Below, in pieces: positions 24,649 through 33,408 of a stretch of DNA of 40,657 bases; positions within the stretch are counted from its first letter, which is position 1; the number at the start of each line of letters is the position of its first letter. The position numbers were made by a program, and so were the translations under genes. The stretch covers positions 1 through 40,657 of the forward strand of contig JANOSY010000067.1 in NCBI GenBank assembly GCA_031416075.1. Reading direction: 5' to 3'. The notes under the pieces were generated by a model. That model ran no database searches. It saw only the letters and a list, made by a program, of their open reading frames with translations, and was not told the origin of the DNA. This DNA is from Candidatus Tenderia sp. GTDB lineage: Bacteria > Pseudomonadota > Gammaproteobacteria > Tenderiales > Tenderiaceae.

Positions 24649-24990
24649 GTGAAGCTGTGGCATCCAAAGTTATGCAACTGCCGCATCTGGTCATTTGTGA
24701 TGCGGTGGAAGTTCGGTGGCAGGCAGGTCTACCGTCCGTCCTTTGTTGGGTGGTGGCGACACTCATTGTGGTCGCCGGATGGTGAGCGATTGTTTGAGTT
24801 ATCGCCGGTCGGCACGCATCTCTTTAGGAAAAGGCCACCGCTTTTTTTTAAAGGTGAGGTGCAGCAGGTTGTCAGTATTGTGATTGAGCAGATAGTCATT
24901 ATAAATGGTCAGCAGGTGACTAAACGGTTAGACGTGATGCCTCATTTGCGCGCACAGCTAGTCAAAAACAACGTAATGGGCGGACAGTAA
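24649..24990 (+). CDS. Hypothetical protein
   Basis: Abuts both neighbours; GTG start. Confidence 0.55.
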   Translation: MKLWHPKLCNCRIWSFVMRWKFGGRQVYRPSFVGWWRHSLWSPDGERLFELSPVGTHLFRKRPPLFFKGEVQQVVSIVIEQIVIINGQQVTKRLDVMPHLRAQLVKNNVMGGQ

Positions 24991-24991
24991 A

Positions 24992-25465
24992 ATGGTCAAT
25001 CGAAAGTATCGAGTTTTGTCGCCGGTAAGTCATGACGGAAAATTATATTCTATTGGTAGCGCCATATTTCTGACTGACGCAGAAGCTGCTCCACTCGTCG
25101 GTTATGGCACGGTGATCGTTGACCCCAATGTGATTGTGGACTCTGATTCAGACGTGTTTTATTTGCTGACAGACGCGGTTGCGACGGGGGCTGGCCAATC
25201 TGTCTCGGTGCCAAAAAATAGTGGTGACATTGCATTCATGCTAAGTGGTAATGTCAATGTGGGGATTGGCAGTGCCATTGTTGATGTTGAGGTTAGTAAT
25301 GTCGGGCTGGGGTGGGAGGTGGCGTTTACACTGACAATTGATCTATCGACGATTAATAAGTCGGTGGGGTACTCATGCTCGATAGAGCCGTGGCGTATGG
25401 CACGGTCAAACGTTCGCAGCATTGCTGGCAGCGCTGCGAAATTGTCTATGACGATGGGGCTGTAA
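24992..25465 (+). CDS. Two-domain virion accessory protein
   Basis: N-terminus YRVLSPVSHDGKLYSIG resembles 24469..24648, followed by a beta-rich domain. Confidence 0.7.
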   Translation: MVNRKYRVLSPVSHDGKLYSIGSAIFLTDAEAAPLVGYGTVIVDPNVIVDSDSDVFYLLTDAVATGAGQSVSVPKNSGDIAFMLSGNVNVGIGSAIVDVEVSNVGLGWEVAFTLTIDLSTINKSVGYSCSIEPWRMARSNVRSIAGSAAKLSMTMGL

Positions 25466-25471
25466 ATAACA

Positions 25472-27295
25472 ATGGCTATAAAGGTTAATTCGTCAGTCAT
25501 TAGGCCAGGCGATACGTCAAAATCTAATTTTGACGATGTCGAACGCGTCAATATGAATACAGTGAATATTGACCATCTGGCAGAAATGGCTGGAAAAAAA
25601 TCTATTGCAGCAGGATCGTACCATTTAAGCAGACCCAATATCGCCAGCATTGATCAACTATCAATATCAACAGACTCCGTGGTATCAAATGCAATTTACA
25701 GCGGAGTTATTCAGCAAGACGCGGGCTGTTCATTTTTACACCATAACCATTTGGAGCAACAATCCACCATCGCGCCATTCGCCCCCATCACATCCGGCAA
25801 TACACCGCCCGCGCCATTATACGCAGGAGCAAAACAATCAGGCATAAACGTTCTTGGCCACTGGTATCAAGACAGCGGCACGGAATACCGCAGAGTCAGC
25901 GGTACAGGCTGGGAGGGTTGGTATTATTGGTCATGGCTGTTTCATGGCGCGGCGGGGGATGGCTATCAGTCAAAGAGACATCCATGGTTGGGTTACTATC
26001 GCGGAGATGATGCCAATGTGCTGGACTGGCAGTGCTACTGGTTGAATGAAGCGGGTGTTACCGGGGTCATTCCAACGTCAACTGCGGGCACTATTTTATC
26101 TACCTGGTCAGCCCCTGCTGCGGGCAATTATTGGCTGTACCAGCTGTTTAACAACGTACCAAATTTTAAACAGCTGACCTATGCGCTATGGGCACATAGT
26201 GCATCAAGCGCAAACACAACTGAAAATAAAACATTGATCGAGGCATCGTTTACTGAGCTGGTCAGTATTTACACACAATATAGAAACTGTGCCACCGTCA
26301 CTATAAATGGCGGGGTATACCCCATAGTGTATTCGTTTACGGCAGAACAGTGGCGCGGCGCATACGACAGTTTTAATGGGGAGACAAATACCCGCGCATT
26401 TTTAGCAGCGCAGGCGGCAAAATTTAAGGCGGCTGGTTTTGCGGGCGTTTGTATTCTCGCGCGACTAGGCACAGGTACATTTTTCGGGGATCCAGCACTA
26501 GAAGCGGCGGGCGTCATCTATCTAAACGCATCGTATGAGGCGGTACAGTACGAACCATCATTTAACAGCGGGTTGGCTACAGCTGCCACCTATTCCGATC
26601 TAGCCAATGGCGCGTGCGTAATCACCAACGCATCAACAAACCCGCCGAAATACACAGTGGCAAACGTGGCTACTGACCTCCATTCGCACAGTGCGCACAC
26701 GTCGTCATTCAACATACAAGGCTCTACGCCCGAGCTGTTTGGAAAAATGGTATCAAACATATTAAAACGAGGCAAAGCGATTGGGTCGCCAGATATTTTG
26801 ACGATCTATAACATTGGGGAATGGGCGGAGGGTGGCGCTTGCTTGCAGCCCAACATGCGTGATGGAAAAGGCTATCTCAACGCCCTGGCAGAGGCATTAA
26901 AGCAGCGCCCACAGGATTTTACGCGGGTGCCCTCTGCCCTGCAAAAGACGCAGCGCCAGGCGGTGGTCTTTTTAAGTGGGCCGGGGGTTAAGGTGCCCGT
27001 TGCGCAAAATGTCAATACCATTCCGCTGTCGGTATCGTATGCATGGGCATCGACGGCACTACCATTTATCAATGACCCGCTGGCATACAACGGTAAGCGC
27101 CTACGCATAATTCACGATCAGTCATCCGCTCACCCGGGACCAATCACCCTACAAGACAATGCCACCCTGGTAGGGTCGGGGCTAAAATTGGTCGCGGCCT
27201 CTATCGCGCTGGGCAAAAACGATTCGGTTGAATTTGAATATGATTCAGCACTGGCGCTATGGGTACAGTCTGGCAATGTTGTGAATGTGCTTTAA
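25472..27295 (+). CDS. GH99/WbsX-like glycoside hydrolase domain protein with spike-like C-terminal domain
   Basis: R.PWLGYY..DD..VLDWQ..W..EAG and IYNIGEWAEG..LQP motifs; beta-rich C-terminus ending in EYD....WV. Confidence 0.65.
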   Translation: MAIKVNSSVIRPGDTSKSNFDDVERVNMNTVNIDHLAEMAGKKSIAAGSYHLSRPNIASIDQLSISTDSVVSNAIYSGVIQQDAGCSFLHHNHLEQQSTIAPFAPITSGNTPPAPLYAGAKQSGINVLGHWYQDSGTEYRRVSGTGWEGWYYWSWLFHGAAGDGYQSKRHPWLGYYRGDDANVLDWQCYWLNEAGVTGVIPTSTAGTILSTWSAPAAGNYWLYQLFNNVPNFKQLTYALWAHSASSANTTENKTLIEASFTELVSIYTQYRNCATVTINGGVYPIVYSFTAEQWRGAYDSFNGETNTRAFLAAQAAKFKAAGFAGVCILARLGTGTFFGDPALEAAGVIYLNASYEAVQYEPSFNSGLATAATYSDLANGACVITNASTNPPKYTVANVATDLHSHSAHTSSFNIQGSTPELFGKMVSNILKRGKAIGSPDILTIYNIGEWAEGGACLQPNMRDGKGYLNALAEALKQRPQDFTRVPSALQKTQRQAVVFLSGPGVKVPVAQNVNTIPLSVSYAWASTALPFINDPLAYNGKRLRIIHDQSSAHPGPITLQDNATLVGSGLKLVAASIALGKNDSVEFEYDSALALWVQSGNVVNVL

Positions 27296-27312
27296 GAAAA
27301 CAGGATAGTTAC

Positions 27313-27732
27313 ATGAGTTATGGCACCGCACAGGGAATGATCGACAGATTCGGCAAGGATGATTTAATCCAATTGACTGATCGGCTACGCACTGGCGCAG
27401 TGGATGCCGTTGTGCTGGCCATTGCCATCGCCGATGCCAGCGCCACCATCGACAGCTACCTGCAACAGGTGCGTACCCTGCCGCTCAGTCAGCCCGTGAT
27501 CGATGCCAGCCCGCTGCCGCGTATATGCGGGGATATGGCGCTGTTTTATCTCTACGACAGCGGTGCGCCGGAGTACGTGGAAAAAGCCTATGACAAGGCC
27601 ATCACCTGGCTGCGTGATGTAGCGGCGGGCCGGGCCTCGCTCGGTGCCGAAGATGCCCCAGCAGCAGCAGACCCCGGCGGCAAAATGGTGGTGGCGCAGG
27701 GTATCAGCGGTACGGATTGGGGTAGCTACTAA
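27313..27732 (+). CDS. Mu gp36-like head-tail adaptor (DUF1320)
   Basis: MSY.T...M..RFG..DL.QLTD; AI.DAS..ID.YL; Y..A..WL..VA.G...L. Confidence 0.9.
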   Translation: MSYGTAQGMIDRFGKDDLIQLTDRLRTGAVDAVVLAIAIADASATIDSYLQQVRTLPLSQPVIDASPLPRICGDMALFYLYDSGAPEYVEKAYDKAITWLRDVAAGRASLGAEDAPAAADPGGKMVVAQGISGTDWGSY

Positions 27733-28211
27733 TGGCGGGCGTGACTGTCTTTATTGATGACGCCGCCGTCATGGCCAAACTCAAGCAGATGAGCGCGTTG
27801 AATAGTCGCGCAATGCTTGATGAAATCGGCAGCTACATGCAGTCGGTGACCAAAAAACGGTTTAAAGATTCAACCGGCCCGGATGGCAAGCAGTGGCTGC
27901 CGCTGGCACCCCGCACTCTGCTGGCACGTGCCGGAGGGCGCAAGGCGGCCAAAAAAGGTGGCAGCCTGACGGCCAAACCGCTGATTGATCGCGGCCATCT
28001 GATGCGGAGCATCACCTACCAGGTGGGCAGTGACCATGTGGCCATCGGCACCAACATGATCTACGGCGCAATCCACCAGTTTGGTGGCATGGCCGGGCGC
28101 GGTCGCAAGGTGAAGATTCCGGCCCGCCCCTTCCTTGGGGTGAGTCCGGAAAATCGCGCCGAGATCGTCAAGATCATGACGGGCTACGTTGAGCAGGAGC
28201 TGCGCAAGTGA
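27732..28211 (+). CDS. Virion morphogenesis protein (Mu gpG-like)
   Basis: RF....PDG..W.PL; L.D.G.L..SI; GTN..Y.AIHQFGG; IPARPFLG. Confidence 0.92.
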   Translation: MAGVTVFIDDAAVMAKLKQMSALNSRAMLDEIGSYMQSVTKKRFKDSTGPDGKQWLPLAPRTLLARAGGRKAAKKGGSLTAKPLIDRGHLMRSITYQVGSDHVAIGTNMIYGAIHQFGGMAGRGRKVKIPARPFLGVSPENRAEIVKIMTGYVEQELRK

Positions 28212-28645
28212 GTAATTATCTGGCCAATGAGGCGTTGATCATCGCCCGGCTGACCACGCAGATGCCAGAGCTGCTGCATGTCTCCGGCTGGACCGACTAC
28301 AGCAAAATTGAAGAGGCCAAGCTGCGCACCCCATCAGCCTATGTAATCTATGACGGCGACGTGATCGGCGGTGATGCCGGTGGCGGCAGCGCCCAGCGCA
28401 TCGAGCAGCAGTGGGGCGTGATCATCGTCGTACGTAACGTTGCCAGCCGCAGCGGTGCAGAGGTACGCACTGAAGCGGGGCCACTGATGGCCCGCGTATT
28501 GGATCTGTTAATGGGCTGGCAGCCAACCACCGCCGCCCGCCCGCTGCGCCGCCTGCCCGCGCCTGCGCCCGAGTACTCGCAATATGTAGGTTATTTTCCG
28601 CTGCTGTTTGCGGCCCCCATGATCAATGTAGGAGTCAATCCATGA
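28208..28645 (+). CDS. Tail terminator (gp37-like)
   Basis: P.AYV.Y.GD, Q.W.VI.VVRN, L.GWQP, YFPL.F. Confidence 0.8.
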   Translation: MSNYLANEALIIARLTTQMPELLHVSGWTDYSKIEEAKLRTPSAYVIYDGDVIGGDAGGGSAQRIEQQWGVIIVVRNVASRSGAEVRTEAGPLMARVLDLLMGWQPTTAARPLRRLPAPAPEYSQYVGYFPLLFAAPMINVGVNP

Positions 28646-28791
28646 AGCAGATTAAGTTATTAAAGCCGCATACCCACGACGGGCGCGACTATCCCGTTGA
28701 TGCGGTGATCACCATGCACAGCGATAGCGCGGACTGGCTAATTGCCATCGGCGTGGCCGAACCGGTTAAACCGCAGAAGGAGAGTAAATAA
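28642..28791 (+). CDS. Small protein, 49 aa (not in ORF track)
   Basis: MKQIKLLKPHTHDGRDYPVDAVI...ADWLIAIGVA; AGGAG RBS; overlaps both neighbours. Confidence 0.75.
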   Translation: MKQIKLLKPHTHDGRDYPVDAVITMHSDSADWLIAIGVAEPVKPQKESK

Positions 28792-29546
28792 TGTATTTCT
28801 CAGGGCAAGGAAAAGTATTTGTTGCCACCGCCGTAAACGGTGTACCGGGGGTGTTCCGTCATGTCGGCAACGCCAAGGGGGTAGCCTTCACGCTGGGCAC
28901 CGATACGTTTGAACATAAAGAGTCGATGACGGGCCAGCGCCTCACCGATCTGCGCCTGATTACCGGCAAGACAGCAGGCGTCAAATTCACCCTGGAGGAT
29001 TTTAAAAAGGAGAATCTGGCGCTGGCCCTGTATGGCGTTTCGTCTGTCATCAGCGCGGGTAGTGTGACGGCAGAGGTATTACCCAGCACCATCGCCGCCG
29101 CCGACTTTGTCCGCCTGGCAAAACAGAAGGTTTCGAGCGTGGTGGTAAAAGATTCGACCCCCACCACCCCCAAAACACTCACGCAGGGCACCAACTACCG
29201 GGTCAGCAATACCGACCTCGGCACCCTGGAGTTTTTAGAGCTGGCCACCGGCGCGCCGTTTGTGCAGCCGTTCAAAGCCGACTATGCCAATGCCCTGGTG
29301 ACCAATAACAATATGTTTACCACCGCACAGCCCGAGGTTTGGCTGCGTTTTGAGGGGCTGAATACGGCCAACAGCAATGCCGGTGTGCTGGTGGAGCTAT
29401 ACCGCTGTGCGCTATCGCCACTCACCGAGCTGGCGCTGATCAATGATGAGCTGGCCGTGTTGGACATGAGCGGCTCCGTACTCTACGACGACACCAAGGT
29501 GGGCGATACATTGCTCGGGCAGTTTGGCCGGATTGTGATGGTGTGA
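28791..29546 (+). CDS. Major tail tube protein (non-contractile tail)
   Basis: YFSGQGKV...VGN, EHKES.TG.R..D, ENLALAL.G, LRFEGLNTA; no sheath gene present. Confidence 0.88.
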   Translation: MYFSGQGKVFVATAVNGVPGVFRHVGNAKGVAFTLGTDTFEHKESMTGQRLTDLRLITGKTAGVKFTLEDFKKENLALALYGVSSVISAGSVTAEVLPSTIAAADFVRLAKQKVSSVVVKDSTPTTPKTLTQGTNYRVSNTDLGTLEFLELATGAPFVQPFKADYANALVTNNNMFTTAQPEVWLRFEGLNTANSNAGVLVELYRCALSPLTELALINDELAVLDMSGSVLYDDTKVGDTLLGQFGRIVMV

Positions 29547-29555
29547 GGTGAGTAA

Positions 29556-29954
29556 ATGCTGATTCTAGGTGCACCAAAACAGGAAGTGAAATGGGTAGAA
29601 GCCGGGGTCACGCTGGAGCTGATCCCGATGACTGAGGATATAGATCAGCGGTTCATCCGCGAAACACTGAGCGAGGTCCGCGATGACAATGGCAAGCTGG
29701 TCGACATCAAGCGTGACGTTGTCAAATACGCCCAGCTCGTTGGTCGCCATTGCATCAAGGGCTGGAGTGGTGTGGTCAATGCCGAGGGTGGCCCCATCCC
29801 CTGCCGCCCGGAGGCGATTGATCAGTTCATGGTGATAGACCCAGCGCAGGCGTTTGTGTTCAGCAAGGTCAACGGGCTGGCCCTCCATATCGCCAAGGAG
29901 GTGGATGAGGGAAAGCCCGACTCAGAGCCACCGTTAAGTGGCTCAGAGGGCTAG
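29556..29954 (+). CDS. Tail assembly chaperone (gpG-like)
   Basis: Between tube and tape measure genes; IKGWSGV motif; slippery site near the end. Confidence 0.8.
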   Translation: MLILGAPKQEVKWVEAGVTLELIPMTEDIDQRFIRETLSEVRDDNGKLVDIKRDVVKYAQLVGRHCIKGWSGVVNAEGGPIPCRPEAIDQFMVIDPAQAFVFSKVNGLALHIAKEVDEGKPDSEPPLSGSEG

Positions 29955-30160
29955 GCCCGAAACCCGCGCCGCTCGGCTGGGAAGCGCCGCTGTGGCAGCT
30001 GTACTGCATGCTGAAGCGGCAGTGGCGCGTCGGCTTCAATGGCGCCACAGGGCTGGATCTGAATGTGTTTATCCCGGTGATAGAGCGCAATGGTTGGGAT
30101 CTGGATGTGTGCCTGGCACTGCTGGCGGCGATTGAAGATGAGATGTTGGCGGAGAAATAA
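29556..30160 (+). CDS. Tail assembly chaperone -1 frameshift product (gpGT-like, DUF1799-like extension)
   Basis: G GGA AAG at 29909-29915; -1 frame open to TAA at 30158-30160 and encodes QWRVGFNGATGLD. Confidence 0.8.
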
Positions 30161-32193
30161 TGGCTGATCCAAAATTAAATGTCGTCATCACCGTGGATGG
30201 TAAGGAATACTCCGCAGTACTGAATCAAATCACCAAACAGACCGCTGATGTCGGTGAAAAATCAAAGAATACCGCCGCCAGTGTTTCACAGCTATCCGGC
30301 CAAATGAAGGCATTTTACGGCATCGTCGGTGCGGCGGGCGTGACCAATCTCATTAAGAACATCGTCGGGGTTAATGCTGAGTTTCAAAAGCTAAATGCCA
30401 GTCTGGTAACGGTGACAGGATCAACAGCCGCTGCTGATCAAGCATTTGCCATGATCGAAAAGTTTGCCGCTCAAACACCCTATCAATTGCAAGAGGTGAC
30501 CTCCGCATTTATCAAGCTCAAGGCGCTGGGCCTTGATGCTGGTGAGGACTCGTTGCGCTCCTATGGCAACACGGCATCGGCGATGGGTAAATCGCTGGAT
30601 CAGATGATCGAGGCGGTAGCCGATGCCGCCACGGGGGAGTTTGAACGGCTAAAAGAGTTCGGCATTAAAACCAGTGTTCAGGGGGATAATGTCTCGTTTA
30701 GATTTAAGGGCATGACCACGGTCGTGCAGAACAGTGCCAGTGAGATCACCAAGTACCTGCGCCAGATCGGTGATGAGGATTTTGCCGGAGGCATGGCGCG
30801 GCAGATGGATACCCTGGATGGCAAGTTTTCAAACCTGCAAGACTCATCGGCGGCGCTGGCCCGCAGCATCGGCAAGGCCGGATTAAACGAGTTGATGGGC
30901 GATTTGGCAGACGGTTTAAACGATGCGTCAACGGCCATTAATGCCTTTTTAAAAGACCCAACCAGCCTGCCCGATTGGGCCAAAGTATCGGCGTTTACCC
31001 TCTTCAAGTTAAAGCAGGAGTTTGTCGATCTTGGCGATGTGATTGGTGCTACGGCAGCGATCCTTAATCTAAAAGTAGGCACGGGGTTTTTTGCCCAATA
31101 TGACGCGATCATTGAGGAACGCAGACGCAACCGCGACATTGTCGAGACCGAGGCGCAGCAGTTTGTGGCGATGCTGGAGGGGATTGGTAAAAAAGAGCAG
31201 GCCGCAGCCTCTATAGTGCCAGCGGAACCCACCCCATCGCCCAGTGTCGGTAGTAAAAAAAGCGCTAAGGGCACGGGTAAGAAGTCTGACGACCAGGCCG
31301 CGCAAGACTACGGCAAATACATGTACGAACTAGCCCGCCAGGCGTACCCGGAAGCGACGCAGTCCGCCGAAGAGTACGGCCAGGCGATGGCCAAGATAGT
31401 GGTTGAGCAGACCAATACCGCTAATGATGCCTACATCGCCCGCCTGGTCGAGGCCGAGCGCGTCACGCTGGCGGCGCGTACTGCTACCGAAGTACTCTCC
31501 GATGAAATGGTCCGGCTCAATGGCCTATGGCTGGCCGGTGACATCAGCACCGAGACCTATACCCAGAGCATTGCCAATGCTGAACAGGGTATGAAGGATT
31601 TGGGTGACAGTGGCAGCGACGCATTCAAAGAACTGGTCGCCGCCAGCAAGGGATGGGGCGATGAGTTCACTAACACAATGGCCGAGATGGTGATGAGCGG
31701 AAAGATATCGTTCAAGTCCCTGGCGGAATCGATCATCAAAGATCTGCTGCGCATTGCGATCTATCAGAAAATCACCGCGCCAATACTGCAAGGTCTTGGT
31801 CTGGTACCCGCGCCAGTCAAGCACAGCGGCGGCCCCGTCACCGGCAGCGGTGTGACTCGCAATGTCTCCCCGCTCGCCTTCATGGGCGCGCCGCGCTACC
31901 ACAGCGGCGGGGCCATTCAGGGGCTGGGTTTAAAACCGGGCGAGGTGCCGATCATTGCCCAGCAGGGCGAGTCCGTGATCCCGCGCGGTGGCATTTCAGT
32001 GCCTGCCCCGGTCATCGAAATCAACAACTACACCGGCCAGCCGGTACGCCAGGAGCAGAGCACAGTGGACGGAAAAGCAATGGTGCGGCTGTTCATCGGT
32101 GAAGCGGCGGCGGATGTGCGGCGCGGCGGTGAGCTGGGCGCGGCGATCACTCAATCGTTTGGTGTGCGTCGCCCCGGCGCGAGGATCAGCTGA
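30160..32193 (+). CDS. Tape measure protein
   Basis: FA..TPY.L.EV..AF.KL, A.ADA.TGEFERLKEFGI; helical, Ala-rich; H.GG and PIIAQ.GE.V C-terminus. Confidence 0.92.
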   Translation: MADPKLNVVITVDGKEYSAVLNQITKQTADVGEKSKNTAASVSQLSGQMKAFYGIVGAAGVTNLIKNIVGVNAEFQKLNASLVTVTGSTAAADQAFAMIEKFAAQTPYQLQEVTSAFIKLKALGLDAGEDSLRSYGNTASAMGKSLDQMIEAVADAATGEFERLKEFGIKTSVQGDNVSFRFKGMTTVVQNSASEITKYLRQIGDEDFAGGMARQMDTLDGKFSNLQDSSAALARSIGKAGLNELMGDLADGLNDASTAINAFLKDPTSLPDWAKVSAFTLFKLKQEFVDLGDVIGATAAILNLKVGTGFFAQYDAIIEERRRNRDIVETEAQQFVAMLEGIGKKEQAAASIVPAEPTPSPSVGSKKSAKGTGKKSDDQAAQDYGKYMYELARQAYPEATQSAEEYGQAMAKIVVEQTNTANDAYIARLVEAERVTLAARTATEVLSDEMVRLNGLWLAGDISTETYTQSIANAEQGMKDLGDSGSDAFKELVAASKGWGDEFTNTMAEMVMSGKISFKSLAESIIKDLLRIAIYQKITAPILQGLGLVPAPVKHSGGPVTGSGVTRNVSPLAFMGAPRYHSGGAIQGLGLKPGEVPIIAQQGESVIPRGGISVPAPVIEINNYTGQPVRQEQSTVDGKAMVRLFIGEAAADVRRGGELGAAITQSFGVRRPGARIS

Positions 32194-32555
32194 TGCCTAA
32201 TCCTGTTTGGCCGACCACCCTGCCCGTGATCAACTACCCATCGCCGGACAGTGGTTATAGCTACGCGCCGCAAAACCAAGCACTGCGCACCCAGATGGAT
32301 GCGGGGCCAAAAAAGTCGCGCCGCCGGTTCAGTGCGGGGTACACCGCCATGTCGATTAATATAGACATGACCGGGGCGCAGGTGGCAATCCTGAAAACAT
32401 TTTATTACACCACGCTGGCCGTGGTGCTGCCGTTTGATTGGATCGACCACACCACCCGCACCACCGCGACCTATGTTTTTTTAGAGCCGCCTGGCTACTC
32501 ACCCCTGGCGGCTGACTGGTGGCGGGTATCATTGCAGCTGGAGCAGCAGCCGTGA
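32193..32555 (+). CDS. Distal tail protein
   Basis: WP.TLP, RT.MD.GP.K.RRRF, F.W.D. Confidence 0.8.
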   Translation: MPNPVWPTTLPVINYPSPDSGYSYAPQNQALRTQMDAGPKKSRRRFSAGYTAMSINIDMTGAQVAILKTFYYTTLAVVLPFDWIDHTTRTTATYVFLEPPGYSPLAADWWRVSLQLEQQP

Positions 32556-33022
32556 CCGTATCGCTGACCGCCCTGCAATCGATGTTTGCCCAGCAGACTG
32601 GCGAGGTGTGGTTGCAGTGCCTGACGGTGGCGTATGCCTCACTCGCGCAGCCGTTGCGCTTTGTCAATGACGTGCAGCCATTGGTCCGCAGCAGCGGCAC
32701 TCACATCGCTTTTCCGTTCCGCATTGAGCTTCCGCAGGACAGTGAGTCCGAACAGGTATCAGTGCAGCTGGTGCTTGATAATGTCGATCGGCAGATCGTG
32801 CAGATGATCCGCACACTCACCTCCACCCCCACCATCACCCTGGAGGTAGTATTGCGCTCCACCCCTAATGCTGTCGAAGCCGGGCCGTTTGTGTTTGTGG
32901 TCAAGAGCGCCAGTTATGACGCCATGCAGGTCACGCTGACGCTCGGTTATGAGATCGATCTGCTCAACATGCCCGCCAACAAATGGCGCATCACCCCTGC
33001 CAATTGCCCCGGCACCTTCTGA
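32552..33022 (+). CDS. DUF1833-like minor tail protein
   Basis: AQ.T.EV.L, LR.VND, A.PF...LP, LDNVDR, E.GPF, TP...PG.F. Confidence 0.82.
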   Translation: MTVSLTALQSMFAQQTGEVWLQCLTVAYASLAQPLRFVNDVQPLVRSSGTHIAFPFRIELPQDSESEQVSVQLVLDNVDRQIVQMIRTLTSTPTITLEVVLRSTPNAVEAGPFVFVVKSASYDAMQVTLTLGYEIDLLNMPANKWRITPANCPGTF

Positions 33023-33408
33023 TGCGGCTGGACCAATACATTGGCCTGCCGTTTAAAGACCACGGCCGTGATCGCTGTGGGGTGGACTGCTGGGGGCTGG
33101 TGCGTCTGGTGCTGGCGGAGCAGTGCGATATTCAGCTGGGGGATTATCTCTATCGTGATACCCGCGACCAGATCAACATTCCCGCCGCGTTCGCCCAGGG
33201 GGCGCTGGAGTGGCAGCCCGTGGCCGTGGGCCAGCCGGGTGATCTGGTGCTGCTGCGCGTGGGTAGTCGTCCGATGCATGTGGGACTGGTGGTCGAGGAG
33301 GGACTGATGCTGCACGTTCAAAGCGGTGTTAACGGCAGTTTGATTGAACATTATAACGGCCCTAAATGGGGCGGTCGCATCGAGGGGATTTATCGCTATG
33401 GCCGCTGA
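33022..33408 (+). CDS. NlpC/P60 tail-tip peptidase (gpK-like)
   Basis: YIGLPF...GR...G.DCWGLV, HVG, MLH. Confidence 0.9.
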   Translation: MRLDQYIGLPFKDHGRDRCGVDCWGLVRLVLAEQCDIQLGDYLYRDTRDQINIPAAFAQGALEWQPVAVGQPGDLVLLRVGSRPMHVGLVVEEGLMLHVQSGVNGSLIEHYNGPKWGGRIEGIYRYGR

